From the human T2T-CHM13v2.0 reference genome, Homo sapiens, in the NCBI RefSeq assembly GCF_009914755.1, contig NC_060943.1: a stretch of 64,000 bases of DNA. One strand, given 5' to 3'. This document shows positions 1 through 24,486 of the stretch, one piece after another. How positions within the stretch are numbered: the stretch's first letter is position 1; the number at the start of each line of letters is the position of its first letter. Below the pieces are notes generated by a model. That model was not told the origin of the DNA and ran no database searches. It saw only the letters and a program-made list of their open reading frames with translations. The translations under genes were made by a program, and so were the position numbers.

Positions 1-3342
<3,342 letters not shown>

Positions 3343-3563
3343 TGAGTTAGTCTCTGCCCCTCCCCTTTATTCCTCTTGGTAATAACGTCTTTCTCACATC
3401 AGGACTGTGGCACAGCTTCATTCTCCAATTCTCTGGATCAGTTCTGTGGTTGGTAGTACTGAGATACATGTACTGCCCTCTCCTTTCCTTGAGCAGCCCC
3501 AGTCTGCTTTGTTGCAGGCTCCCAGGGAAAGAGTTAGGGTCAGGAGTCTTAAAGTCACCCTAA

Positions 3564-5927
<2,364 letters not shown>

Positions 5928-6751
5928 TAAATGACTTTCAAAAAAACTGCACATATTTATTTTTATTTATATTTATTTATTTATTTGAGACAGAGTCTGG
6001 CTCTGTCGCCCAGGCTGGAGTGCAGTAGCACAATCTCAGCTCACTGCAAGCTCCGCCTCCTGGGTTCATGCCATTCTCCTGCCTCAGCCTCCTGAGTAGC
6101 TGGGACTATAGGCGCCCACAGCCACGCCCGGCTAATTTTTCTATTTTTAGTAGAGACGGGGTTTCACCGTGTTAGCCAGGATGGTCTCGATCTCCTGGCC
6201 ATGTGATCCGCCTGCCTCGGCCTCCCAAAGTGCTGGGATTACAGGCATGAGCCCCCGTGCCTGGCCAAAACTGCACATATTTAAACTGTAAAGTGTGATA
6301 AGTTTTGACATTAATAAGCCTGTAATATGATCCATCACCTTCATATTTACCTGGAGTCTGGTAACGTCTTTACCTCTGCCTTCCAGATGACCATTGATAA
6401 CTTTGCTTTATAATAGATTATTTTACATTTTCTACATTTTTATACGTGATTTGATGTCGTGAAGTGTTTAATCTTTATCCCTGGATGGTATCGTGCGGTA
6501 TATTTATTTTGAGATTTGTCAGTGATGATACTTGAGTAGTTCACTCCTTTTTATATTGCTGAGATGACATGCTATGAAATATCACTGTATATTCATTCAT
6601 CTGTTTATACATCATTAATCTATTTCTCATTTTTGGCTTCCATAAATAAAACTACAGACACTTTAGTACAGTTCTTTATGTAAATATGTTTCTTTTTTAT
6701 GTGTTACTATCTGGGGGTTCAATAACTGAATCAGAATAGGTAAATCTATAG

Positions 6752-6993
<242 letters not shown>

Positions 6994-7143
6994 TGATCTA
7001 CCTACCTCAGCCTCCCAAAGTGCTGGGATTATAGGCATGAGCCACTGCATCCAGCAAATGTATAGCTTTTTAGGCAACACCAAAGTGTACTGTAAAATTA
7101 ATATGGTTGTTCCCTTTAGTGTTACTGTCACCAGTGTCCATGA

Positions 7144-7515
<372 letters not shown>

Positions 7516-8121
7516 TAGGATGGTCTCAATCTCTTGACATTGTGATCTGCCCGCCTCAACCTCCCAATGTTCTGGGATTACAGGTGTGAGCCACCGTGCC
7601 CAGCAGAGAATATGGATAGTCTTTTAAATTTTTACCCTTTTTTATAAGTGGATGTTCCTTCTTTAGTAAAATGTCTATTTATATATTTTGCTTGCTTTTT
7701 AAATTCTTATTTATTTTTAGAGAAAAGATCTTGCTCTGTCACCCAGCCAAGAGGGCAGTAGTTTGATCATAGCTCACTGCAACCTCAACCTCCTGGGCTC
7801 AAGCGTCCTCCCACCCCAGCCTCCTGAGTAACTGGGACTACAGGCACATGCCAGCACACCCACCGAATTTTTAAATTTTTTTGTAGAGACAGGATCTCAT
7901 TATGTTGCTCAGGCTGGCCTTAAACTCCTAGGCTCAAGCAATCCTCTCACCTCACCCTCTCAAAGCACTATGTCTGGCAACTCATTTTCTTCTTCTCAAA
8001 TGTATTTTGCCTATTTCCGTTTTCATTAAGAAATAAAATATGGTTGGGCCAGTGGCTCACGCCTATAATCCTAGCACTTTGGGAGGTCGAGGTGGGTAGA
8101 TCACCTGAGATCAGGAGTTCA

Positions 8122-8316
<195 letters not shown>

Positions 8317-8349
8317 TCAAAAAAAAAAAACAAAAAAAAACCAGGGGTC

Positions 8350-9560
8350 ACATCATTGACCCTTCTCTCTCTCTCCCTCACCTACAACATGCAAAGATCT
8401 ACTTGTTCCTTTATTAAAAATATAGGTAGAATGTCTCCTTTTCTCCCATCTGCACGGCATTCACCTGGTCCATCAACTCATCTGAATTATGCTGGTAAAC
8501 TTCCCTCCGTGCTAACTGCCTCCTCATTAATCCAGGAGTCTGTTCTCCTCCAGTGTGCAACCAGATAGATCCTATGAACATCTGGATTAGACCACCTCTT
8601 TCCCCATCCAAGCATCCCAGCATCTCCAAAACAGATGCCCAGCTTTTCAGGCAACCACATTACAGGCCTGAATCTTGACCCGGCTTCTTGTTCCTATGAG
8701 AAAGAATAGATGCCTGTCGTACATAGGTCCCAGCTCAGTCACACCTCAAAGCATTTGCACAAAATGGTATGAATTCCTAAAATAGCTTTCTACACCTGTT
8801 TCCATTGGTTGCCAGAAATAAGAACACTTCTATTAATCCTTGGCTGGTACTCAGGACTCTGAGCTTGGTGTATCCACAGGTTCTCCACGCCAAGAACTGG
8901 GAAAACATCAAGTGAACACTCAAGACACCATAATCTCAGACACCACACAGGTAGTGTCAGGTTCAGGGAGAGACTGGGACACTTTCTCTTTCCCTGTGTT
9001 GGCACCATAAGCATTTTCAGTGTTCAGAACCCATGAAAATAAGGCAACTGTGACCAGCTCCAGCTGATCAAACCTCCATTGATCCCTACACAACCGTAAA
9101 GCCAGGGGCCCTGGGGCTAACTAATTAACTGATTTCAATCCTCAGTGCTCCTTCTTACCACCTATGGCCTAGAAAGAAGACTCCACTTCTCAGTGCCTCA
9201 TTGTCCTCATCATCCTTATTCCAGTCTGTTCTCTGAGAGGCTTTTGTAAACTTTTAAAGTTCTACCAAGGACATGACCCTCTTCTGTTCACAAATCTCCA
9301 TACATCCCAGGACACTCAGATTGAAGGCACAACCCCTAAGACAACCAATACAGGTGTGACTCTGGCTCATCTTCAGTTTTTACTAGGGCCTTTTTTTTTT
9401 TTTTTGAGAGACGGGGTCTCACTATGTTGCCCAAGCCTGTCTTAAACTTCTGGACTTATGTGATCATGACACAACATGGTTACCAGGTTCTGAAATGTTC
9501 ATGGCTCAGATGCACCTCCAAGCCTTTGCACCTATTGGTTCCTCTACCTGTATTACTCTA
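8350..9560. mobile_element. Degenerate L2-like LINE fragments interrupted by a truncated Alu (~9390-9464)
   Basis: L2-like motifs such as gcctttgcacctattggttcctctacctg; family from recall. Confidence 0.4.
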
Positions 9561-10209
9561 CCTGGGGTGAAGCCTGTAATACACAGCATTTACCTGAGCT
9601 AGGTCCCTCAGTGTGGCTGCTGCCATCAACTGTGGGTGGAGTAGGCATCACCCCAGCCAGTGCCTATGAGCCTCAGACCTGCCACTTGGGAGCAGAGATG
9701 ACTACTCCTCTTGTGCCTTCTCAGTCCCAACCCAGTACTCCCTGGCCTGACAAGCATGCCCAGAAATCCCTCATCCTGGGCCTTGCAACTAGCACCTTCT
9801 GGGTAAAGTACTTCTCAGAGCTCTCAGCCAACAATGGTGGTATCCTCCAAGAGCAAACCGAATGCAGACCATGTTACACTCTGAGGGCTGCTGGAAAGCC
9901 CTGCTCACACCTCAAGGGAGGAAGACTATTGATTCTTTGTAAAAGCGTCAAATAGGTATCACATCAGACTCTAGGAAGCTCATCCTGCACCCAGAGAATA
10001 AAAAAACTATTTGAGATGCTCCCAAACTTTACTTATCTAAGTGGCCATATCATTGGCATCATTCAGACTTACAATGTGTGCACTCAGAGCTGAGAACATT
10101 AAGTATTGATTGCTCTTTAAATTCATGTTACCCAAATTATTACAGTCAGTTTTGTGAGTTTCATTGTTTTGTTGGGAACGAAAGAAAATTCTCCATAAGA
10201 CATAATGAC

Positions 10210-10482
10210 AGGATGGGTACAAAAAACAGTTAGAAAAAATGAATAAGACCTAGTATTTGCTACCATAACAGGGTGGCTGTAGTCAAAATAATTTAATCAT
10301 ACATATGAAAATCACTAAAAGGGTATAATTGGATTGTTTATAATACAAAGGATAAATGCTTGAGGTGATGGAGACACCATTAACCCTGATGTGATTATTA
10401 CATATGGCATGACTACATCAAAATATCTCATGTAATCTACAAATATATACACTATTATATACCCACAAAAAATAAAAATAAA
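10210..10482 (+). mobile_element. L1MA-type 3' end fragment
   Basis: gaataagacctagtatttg...ggataaatgcttgaggtgatgg...A-rich tail; mirrored at ~61620-61890. Confidence 0.7.
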
Positions 10483-10583
10483 GGCTGGGTGCCATGGCTC
10501 ACACCTGTAATCCCACCACTTCAGGAGGCCTGAGGTCGGGAGTTTGAGACCAACCTGGCCAACATGGAGAAACCACGTCTCTA

Positions 10584-11761
<1,178 letters not shown>

Positions 11762-11807
11762 TGTTTGAAATGCTTATTCTTCAGTGCCATAAAGAAATAG
11801 CACTTGA

Positions 11808-12140
<333 letters not shown>

Positions 12141-14180
12141 TTACTTCCTGCAGAAAGGGTGCACTCGCCAGCAGTTTTGCAACAGGAGCACACTGAACAA
12201 AGAAGACAGGGTCATTTATAACCTGAGGCGTTCACCCTCCTGCCGGTTTCCATTGCCTGGAACAGGACCTCATATTCTGTATGTGTCCTGATTGGCTAGC
12301 AACTTAGAACCTTTTAAGAGGCAAAGGTAGAGGAGAACAAAGAAAGGAGGAAGTAACTTGTGGAATGCTGAGAAAGGTAAAAACACTTTTAAATAAGGAA
12401 GAGGAAGAGGCTATGACCTAATGCTTGCTTGGAGCAGTATAAGCCTGTCAGGGCAAATATTTAGGCTAAATTGTCAGAGCTAAGAACATAAAGTACATTG
12501 ATTTCTTTATTATGGCTAGCAGATATTTAAGAATGCTAGCACAAGTCTTTCAATAAATTTCGCTTTTAAGAGAAGTTACTATTTATTCCTAATTAGATGG
12601 GGAGGAAAGTCTTTGAAGAGGAAACTGTACTTTACTTTTAACAATATTCCCCCTCTTTTTATTTCATAATTCCTCTTCAAACTTATTTAATGTTTTGACT
12701 TAATTGCTTTTTTTGTCCTTCTAAGAGAAGTAATTTTTTTTTAATAGGGAGGAGGAGAGTTAGCAGTTAACTCTGTAACAGTGGCAGAGACAAGTTTTTG
12801 TATAAAACTTTGAAGGTAGGGAATATTATAACAGCCTACAAGAATAAGTACACTAATAACAAGAGTGAACAAGGTGAGAATTGAAGTTAAAATTTCTTTT
12901 TATTCACTGAACTAATGTTTTATTATTTTAGAAAAGGGGTTATTTATTTTACAATTCTTGGCAAATTTATCGGATAGGGCTGTTAACCTTGGTAGCGCTT
13001 TTGTTATAGTTCTATCAGGGGCAGTATTATTAGGAACAAAGGTACAATACTGAGTTTTGTATAAAACATTTAATTTATTGGTCTTTGTGGGGAATTAGAC
13101 GCATTACCACTCTGTTACAACTGAGGCATTAATTTTGTAGCTTCACCAACATTAATTGGTTTGCTTTCATGACACTGCTGAGGAATCAATTCTTTCTGCA
13201 GAGGTTCTGAGTTTTAATTATGACACAAACATCTCCTTTTTCTGCTAATTATTTAAAGCTATTTTATTTTTCTACGCCATCTGGCTAGTAGATCCTAATT
13301 GCTTAGCTATCTGTTTGATGGTATCCTCAGTGTAATTTATGAATTGTTGGTGATTGTAACATAGCTTAGTCTACATTTTTTTATAGTTACCAGAATGATG
13401 TGGATTTAAATTCTGCAGCTATTTGATTTTGTGCTTTAAACTTATCGGGCACTTCTCACAGGACCTTAATAGCATTTATGTAAACCTGAGGATTAAAGGA
13501 CTCATACGTTTTTCTTGGCCTGTGGTGTTTTGTTTTTACCTTTGTAGATTGATGAAATGCCAGGATGAAGGGGATACCCAATTGGATTACAGCACAAGTA
13601 CTGCTCCAATTATTTGGCAGAGTGTCCAGTAAAGGTCTTCCACTTACCACTATACATTTGTTTGGGGATGGCTAAGCATGGACTGATGGGCAAAGTCTTG
13701 GAAAGGCTTGAGCTCTTTCCATCATCGTTTAATGCTTCCAAGGAACACTAAATTTTCCTCCTGACCTGAGACGCACAAAGTAAACTTTGTGCATTCAGCA
13801 TTCAGCATTCAGAGGTGGAAGCCGGATTGCCATAGGGGGCTGACCTGCAGGGTGTTAAATTTCAGGAAATAGCAGAGAGAGCTCAGTATGTTGGATTATC
13901 CCAAGCAATGGGATTTTGAAAAAGAGCCACCATACAGTCCTTATCTGAGTGGAAAGGGGATAATCTGGGATTCTGGCCTACTGTGCGTACAAGTGTAATA
14001 ATCGCTTTTATTTGAAGTGCTAATGGATTATTTAATCCATTTCAGCCAGGCATTTGCATCTTGATATTTTGTCTTGACAGCGAAGGTCTGTCTGTCTTAG
14101 ATCTCTTATTTTTACAAGACACCTTAGTTTTACCAGATGTAGGAGCAACTGGTGTGGGATCTAGATCTGAGGCAGCTTAA

Positions 14181-14600
<420 letters not shown>

Positions 14601-15507
14601 TAAGGTGGAGGTGGTGATAAAGAGAAAGACAGGGTTATATTGACAAGGCTGACAGTAAGAAGGGGTAGTCCTTTTAGTGAAATAGATGAGGGGTTTTAGG
14701 TCTGCACAAACCTTTTTGTGGAAGTCTAACTTTGCTATTGGGTAGTTTGAGTGATGCAGTCCTATTTACTACAATGTTGCCAGGCAGTAGGAGCAGAAAA
14801 TTGGTGTCTTGGCTGCAGGTCATTACAACAATGAGTGCTAGGAATAACTGTGTCAATTAAAGGGCTGGGATATAAATATTTGTGTGAAAAGGCTAGCTGC
14901 TGTTGATCTTTTACATTTCTACAAGGTATGACAAAGCAAGCATTAAAGGCAATAGTCTGAGTGAGTCAGACTTAGTTACATTAATAACAAAGGAGCTAAT
15001 AACAGAATAAGAAAAGGAAGCAGTATAGAAGGTATATGAAAATTAATCTTTCTTTAACTTAGTAGGGCTTGATCCTAGTACAGTAACCCATGATTCTGAG
15101 AGGAAGATGTTTTCTTGACTTGAGTATGGTGGGTCCATTTTTTTTTTTCCTCAGCTGTGTGGACGGCAGTCTCAGGGGTTAACAGCGTAAAATAGGGTTC
15201 TTCCCAGGCTGGTTTGAGTTTTTTCTTTCTAGCTTTTGATGAGGACGTGGTTTTCAGGCTGGTGCTGGTGTACTGGAAATTCTAGGGGTGGTACCTGTGC
15301 TAAAAGACTTTTAGGTCCGAGGGAAGTGAAAGTGGAAGATAAATTAAGTATAGGATTTTTGCTGCATATTCTGGGGCCTTAGGCGTCATGGTGACACCTC
15401 CTGCTCCATTCTTGTTCAGCGCCACCCAGGGGAGGCTGCAGCCCTGCCCCTTCTTAATGTCTTGGCCTTCTTGTGGCCTTCACCACCCTTGCTCACTGTG
15501 GCCTTCA

Positions 15508-15777
<270 letters not shown>

Positions 15778-17705
15778 TTATCTTTATATTAATATGCTAC
15801 TAATATTAAACTTAATTTTAGTAAGATCTTATAGACATTATCTAATTTTAATGTCTGACTATAAGGCAAGACTTTTACAGACTGTTTTTATAATTTTTGT
15901 TAAAGAGCACGTTGGTGCTTTAAGAAAAATCTATCGTGCTTTAATTTTAACGTCCAGTTCACAGAAAAACTGGATGACACCCTTTTAACTTTAGCCAATA
16001 TGTTTACACACAGAATTTGATACCCTCTTAACTTTAGCCAGTATGTTTACACACAGAATTTCCTTGACAATTAACATTTTAAAACTTGCTTAAACCTTTA
16101 AAACAAAAAAATTGTCTTAACCTTTAGTGTAGGTAAAAATCCATATTCTTATGCCTCCTTGTAATCTTATTAAAAGTATATTTTATTTTTCTTACATACC
16201 TTGTAAACTGTTTAATAATAATTTTACATCCAGGAGGCCTAATTACTTTTAAATTATACAGTATTTATTGCATACATTCCCTTTTATAGCTTTTCTTACG
16301 ACTTTCACAATCTTCAACATGTCTTAACTTTCTGCCTTCCTTTTACACTATTTTTTTCCTAGTTTCACCTCCTTTGTCTTCTTTTGATTTCTGTCTCTTC
16401 CAGTTTCTCTCTTACTCTTTCCTTCTATTTCTTTCTCTCATTTGCACTCTATTTTCCGCTCTCTCATCCCGTTTCCCTTTCTTCTCCGGACTTCTCCCGC
16501 TCCTGCCGCAAGCAGGGCTGGGCCACCGCACAGGCCCCGCCCCCGACCCCGCGCTGCTGTTTTTCTTTTTTTTCCCCCTGATTTCCCCTCTTACTTTTTT
16601 TTTTTTCCTTTTCTTTTTACACTTAGTTTCTTGGGCTGAGTGGGATTTGCGTGGCTGCAGTCTGGGCCCCGGGCAGTCACTAGCCTAGAGGCTTGGCAGA
16701 TATGCCTGCCGCAAATTGCAAGAATTACGCCTTTTCACCTCCTCTGCTCTCCTCCCGGAGCCGGTGCCCACCCTCTTTTTCACAAACCGCAGGGCTGGGG
16801 AGAGGGACTTAACCTTTGGCCTGCCTGCCTGGCTGTTTGGCTCTGCGCTTGCTGTTTTTGGTTTCTTTCTCTTCTACTGGTCTTTCCTTTGTCTTTGCCA
16901 GCCACCTATGCTGCTGTTTTCTCCTCTGCTTCCCTCTCCCCTAGGGGAGGGACCGGCAGGAGTGGAGCTACTGTTTCTTTCCCTGAGAAGAAAGAAAAGG
17001 GGAGTTCTGAATATTTTTCTTACTACTGGAGGTTTGTGTGAGGTTCAACCCCCCCAACAATAGGGATTTCTCACCTCTAAGACATCCTAAGGAATACTTT
17101 ACCACCCCTGCGGTTTTTCTCTCTTTGGTATGTCCTAACCAAGGAATGCTTTACCATCCCGGCTTTTTCCTTAGTCCCGACCACCAAGGAAATACTTTAC
17201 CGGCTCCTGCGGCTTCTCCTTCCTTGGTCTGTGCACAGTTGTCATTCCATTACATGAGGATCTTTAAGCTAGGTTGCTGGCCAGTTTTTTTTTTTTTGCC
17301 CCCATTGCTGAGAGCCCAGGTTTATTCGTCACACCGGGTGGGTCTCAATTTCTTACCTATGAGGACCTTGCAATGAAGTAGGGGAGCGCTACCCCTTGAG
17401 AGAGGACTGGAGACCGCCCCTAGAGAAGAATGTATCCCCGTACGGATTGCCACCAAATTGTTTGAAATGCTTGTTCTCCGGTGCCATAAAGAAATAGCAC
17501 TTGAACATAAATTTATTTAGTAAGGCCATTTTTACTTCCTGCAGAAAGGGTACACTCAGCCAGCAGTTTTGGCACGAGAGTACACAACTAAGGAGATAGG
17601 GTCATTTATAACCTGACGCGTCCACCCTACTGCTATGTCCGGTTTCCACTGGCTGGGATGGGGCCTCACATTCTGTATTTGTCCCGATTGGCGAGCAACT
17701 TAGAA

Positions 17706-18009
<304 letters not shown>

Positions 18010-18985
18010 AATTTAGAACCTTTTAAAAGAAGCAAAGGTAGATGAGAACAAAGGAAGGAGGAAGTAACTTGTGGAATGCTGAGAAAGGTGAAAACACTTT
18101 TAAATAAGGAAGAGGAACAGGCTATGACCTAATGCTTGCTTGGACCAGTATAAGCATGCCAAGGCAAATATTTAGGCTAAATTGTGGGAGCTAAGAACAT
18201 AAAGTACGTTGATTTCTTTATGACGGCTAGCAGATATTTAAGAATGTTAGCACAGGTCTTTGAATAAATTTTGCTTATAAGAGAAGTTACCATTTATTCC
18301 TAATTAGGGAGGAAAGTCTTTGAAAAGGAACCTCTACTTTACTTTTTAGTTACTATGAGGATCACTATATCAATGTTTCTTAATTCATATGCTAAAGTGC
18401 ACTCAATTTTTTTTTTTTTTTGAGACGGAGTCTCGCTCTGTCGCCCAGGCTGGAGTGCAGTGGTGCGATCGCCAATTGCCGCTCAATGCAAGCTCTGCCT
18501 CCTGGGTTCACGCCATTCTCCTGCCTCAGCCTCTGGAGTAGCTGAAACTACAGGCACCCACCACCACGCCTGGCTAATTTTTTGTATTTTCCCTATAGAA
18601 GGCGTTTCACCATGTTAGTCAGGATGATCTCGATCTCCCGACGTCGTGATCCACCTGCCTCGGCCTCCCAAAGTGCTGGGTTTACAGGCGTGAGCCACCA
18701 CGCCCTGCCCTCAATTTCTTTTTTCACATTGACATCTATCTCAAAGGAAGAGCAACTTAACCAATGCCTTTGTGGTACACATCAGTGGCTACAACTTTCA
18801 CAATTACAGCACAGATAAAAAAGGCATCTGAATAACAGCATAAACATGGCATCTGAGCTCCAAAATTTCATCTCCTTACAAGAAAGTGGTTATTTTCCAG
18901 TGACTGCAGGAATAGTTTCACACTGGGTACTGGCATTATCTCAGAATAAATGTTTTTGTTTTATTTTTTTTGAGACAGCGTCTAA

Positions 18986-19075
<90 letters not shown>

Positions 19076-19078
19076 TGA

Positions 19079-19333
<255 letters not shown>

Positions 19334-20015
19334 TGAGGCCAGGAGTCTGAGATGAACCTGGTAACACGGCAAAACCCCATCTCTTCTAAAAATCAAAAAA
19401 CAGCCAGCATGGTGGCTCATGCATGTAATCCCAGCTATGTGGGAGGCTCAGGTGGGAGAATCGCTTGAACCTGGGAGGTAGAGGTTGCAATGAGCCAAAA
19501 TCACGCCACTGCACTCCAACCTGGTCGACAGTCTTTAAAAAAAAAAAAAAAGCAGCCGCACGCGATGGCTCATGCCTGTAATGCTAGCACTATGGGAGGC
19601 CGAGATGGGCGGATCACAAGGTCAGGAGATCGAGACGATCCTGGCTAACACAGTGAAACCCTGTCTCTACTAAAAATACAAAAAATTAGCCAGGCGTGTT
19701 TGCGGGCGCCTGTAGTCCACAGGACTGGCTGAGGCAGGACAATGGCGTGAACCCGGAAGGCAGAGCTTGCAGTGACCTGAGATTGCCCCACTGCACTCCA
19801 GCCTGGGGGACAGAGTGAGACTCCACCTCAAAAAAAAAAACACAAAAAAAACACAAGCAGCAACTCAAATATCCATAAACGGATGAATGAATATATAATG
19901 ACATTTCATGGCAGACTATACTTCTCAGCAATATACAACAAATTAACTCATGTCTACATTGATATCAAAATAAGCATGATGCAGGAGAGCACCCAGGGAT
20001 TATAAGAGGAAACAC

Positions 20016-20021
20016 TTTATT
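20016..20021 (-). terminator. ZNF552: Probable ZNF552 polyadenylation signal AATAAA
   Basis: TTTATT on + about 940 nt past the stop codon; conserved at the paralogous position 59122-59127. Confidence 0.55.
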
Positions 20022-20313
20022 ACATCAGTCAGAAAATTCTAGAAAATGGAAAGTATTATACAGCAGAGTAAATCAATGGTTGTCTGCATAGAGAAAAACT
20101 TTATAAAGGCTCCAGGTGAATACAAAGGTGATAGATTAGATAAATTCATTATTGTGACTCTGATGATGGTTTCATGGGATTATAAGAAAATTCAAGCCAG
20201 GAGCAGTGGCTCACGCCTGCAATCCCAACACTTTGAGAGGCCAAGGCGGGCAGATCACGAGGTCAGGAGATTGAGAACTTCCTGGCTAACAGGGTGAAAC
20301 CCCATCTCTACTA

Positions 20314-20490
<177 letters not shown>

Positions 20491-20957
20491 TCAAGACTTA
20501 TCCTACAGCTCAAATATGCATACTTTATTGGATGTCATTTATATATTTTATTTTTGAAACAGGGTCTCACTCTGTGGTCCAGACTGGACTGCAGTGTTGC
20601 AATCTCGGCTCACTGCAACCTCTGCCTCCCAGGCTCAAGCAAATCCTCCCATGTAGCAATCCTCCCACATGACAGCTCTCCTGTGAGTTATGCAGCCAGA
20701 CTTCTGGATAAATATCCTGTATTTGTCACACTAGTAAGGCCTTCATTCAGTGTTAACTATAATCCTGAAGGAATACAGAGGTGTGGCTACAAAACTGCCC
20801 AAATTTATTTTACTTGTAAGGACTCTTCTCTAGTGTGAACTCTCCAATATCCAAGGAGAGCAGACCTTTGGGTAAACATTTTCCACATTTGCTGCAATCA
20901 CAGGATCTTACTCAGGTGTGTATTCTCCAATATTTAATGAGACTGGACTCACTGCAC

Positions 20958-22109
<1,152 letters not shown>

Positions 22110-22750
22110 TTACTCCAAGGAAGTACTTGGAGGAACAGGATGTTGGCTTCAGGTGGAAGATGGTGCTATGTATTATTACTGGACTATAATGGTCACAGAA
22201 TGTAGGAGGCCTCATAACATAAAGGACACAACCATGTATGTAACACAGGGAGTAGAGGCAGGGTCTACAATCCCTGCATCTGCAAACCACTCATCTGCAG
22301 AATTTATGTCCTCATGACATGCGAGTGCTGTAGAGAGGGATTTGTCCAGGCCAAGGAAAACACAAGCACAACACAGCAGCTTCTGCTTGAGGACAGTTTA
22401 ACAAAGTGTACACATTTGCTAACACAAAACCTGTATGCTAATACTGGAAACCACTGCAGATGAAGATGTGAATAAAATTAAGATGTGAGGTCCAGAGATG
22501 TGAAGATTATTCAGGGGAATAAATATCAGACTACAAGCTCATGTACAAATCAGTTAAAGGATTTAAAAAAAAAAAAAGTACAACTGACAAGGAGTACAAC
22601 TGACAATTCTGAGGTTCTTAACAATGGGGAAGAGGCCAGTACCAGTGGCTCACAGCTGTAAACCCAATGTAGGAAGATCACCTGAGCCCAGAAATCCAAG
22701 ACCAGCCTGGGAAACATGGTGAGACCCTGTCTCTACAGAAATTATTTTTA

Positions 22751-22915
<165 letters not shown>

Positions 22916-23245
22916 TCAGGAGACTGAGGCTGGAGGATCACTTGAGCCCAGGAGGTTGAGGCTGTGTGAACTATATTCACACCACTGCACTCCAGGTAAC
23001 AAAAATGACAGTGTGAGAACCTGTCTCAAAAAAGAAAAGAAAAGAGGAGAGGAGAGGGGAGGGAAAGGGAGAAGAGGGAAGAGGAAAGAGAAGAGAGAAG
23101 AAAAGGGCCAGGTGTCGTGGGTCATGCCTGTAATCCCAGCACTTTGGGAGGCAGAGCTGGGCGGATCACCTGACGTCAGGAGTTTGAGACCAGCCTGACC
23201 AACATGGAGAAACCCTGTCTCTACTAAAAATACAAAATATTAGCC

Positions 23246-24486
23246 TTTGGGGAAAAGAAAGAGAGATCAGACTGTTACTGTGTCGATGTAGAAAGAAGCA
23301 GACATAAGAGACTCCATTTTGTTCAGTACTAAGAAAAATTATTCTGCCTTGAGATGCTGTTAATCTGTAACCCTACTCCCAACCCTGTGCTCCAGAAACA
23401 TGTGCTGTGTCAACTCAAGGTTAAATGGATTTTGGGCTATGCAGGACGTGCTTTGTTAAACAAGTGCTTCAAGGCAGCATGCTTGTTAAAAGTCATCACT
23501 ACTCCCTACTCTCAAGGACCCAGGGACACAAAACACTGCCTAGGAAAGCCAGGTATTGCCCAAGGTTTCTCCCCATGTGATAGCCTGAGATATGGCCTCA
23601 TGGGAAGGGAAAGACCTGACAGCCCGACGCCAGTAAAGGGGCTGTGCTGAGGATTAGTAAAAGAGGAAGGCCTCTTTGCAGTTGAGATAAGAGGAGGGCA
23701 TCTGTCTCCCGCTCATCCCTGGGCAATGGAATGTCTGGGTGTTAAAACCCAATTGTATATTCCATATACTGAGATAGGAGAAAACCGCCTTAGGGCTGGA
23801 GGTGAGACATGCTGGAGGCAATACTGCTCTTTAAGGCATTGAGATGTTTATGTATATGCACATCAAAAGCACAGCACTTTTTTCTTTACCTTGTTTATGA
23901 TGCAGAGACATTTGTTCACATGTTTTCCTGCTGAACCTCTCCCCACTATTACCCTATTGACCTGCCACATGGTAGAGATAATGATCAGTAAATACTGAAG
24001 GAACTCGGAGACTGGTGGCGGCAGGGGGAAGGCAGGGTTCCTCCGTATGCTGAGCGCCAGTCCCCTGGGCCCACTTTTCTTTTTTTTTTTTATTTTTTAT
24101 TCTTTATTGAGACGGAGTCTCGCTCTGTTGCTCAGGCTGGAGTGCGGTGGCACAATCGCGGCTCACTGCAAGCTCCGCCTGCCGGGTTCACGCCATTCTC
24201 CTGCCTCAGCCTCTCCGAGTAGCTGGGACTACAGGCGCCCGCCACCACGCCTGGCTAATTTTTTTGTATTTTTAGTAGAGACAGGGTTTCACCGTGGTCT
24301 CAATCTCCTGACCTCGTGATCCGCCTGCCTCGGCCTCCCAAAGTTCTGGGATTACAAGCATGAGCCACCGCACCCAGCCCACTTTTCTTTCTCTATATTT
24401 TGGATCTGTGTCTCTTTCTTTTCTCAAGTCTCTCATTCCACCTGACGAGAAACACCCACAGGTGTGGAGAGGCAGGCCACCCTTCA
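23246..24486 (+). mobile_element. HERV-K(HML-2) LTR5 solo LTR inside an Alu, itself carrying an AluY (~24081-24379)
   Basis: Starts tttggggaaaagaaagagagatcagactg, ends ggccacccttca; 6-bp TSD TTAGCC. Confidence 0.9.

Noticed and set aside
9611-9955. 114-aa ORF conserved with 62147-62491 (also 11121-11369 with 60613-60861)
   Set aside because: Conservation simply reflects near-identical duplicated DNA; GTG start, no domain, partly LTR-derived.
23030-23105. Purine-rich tract; also (GGTT)n at 56468-56494
   Set aside because: Ordinary simple repeats derived from Alu tails.
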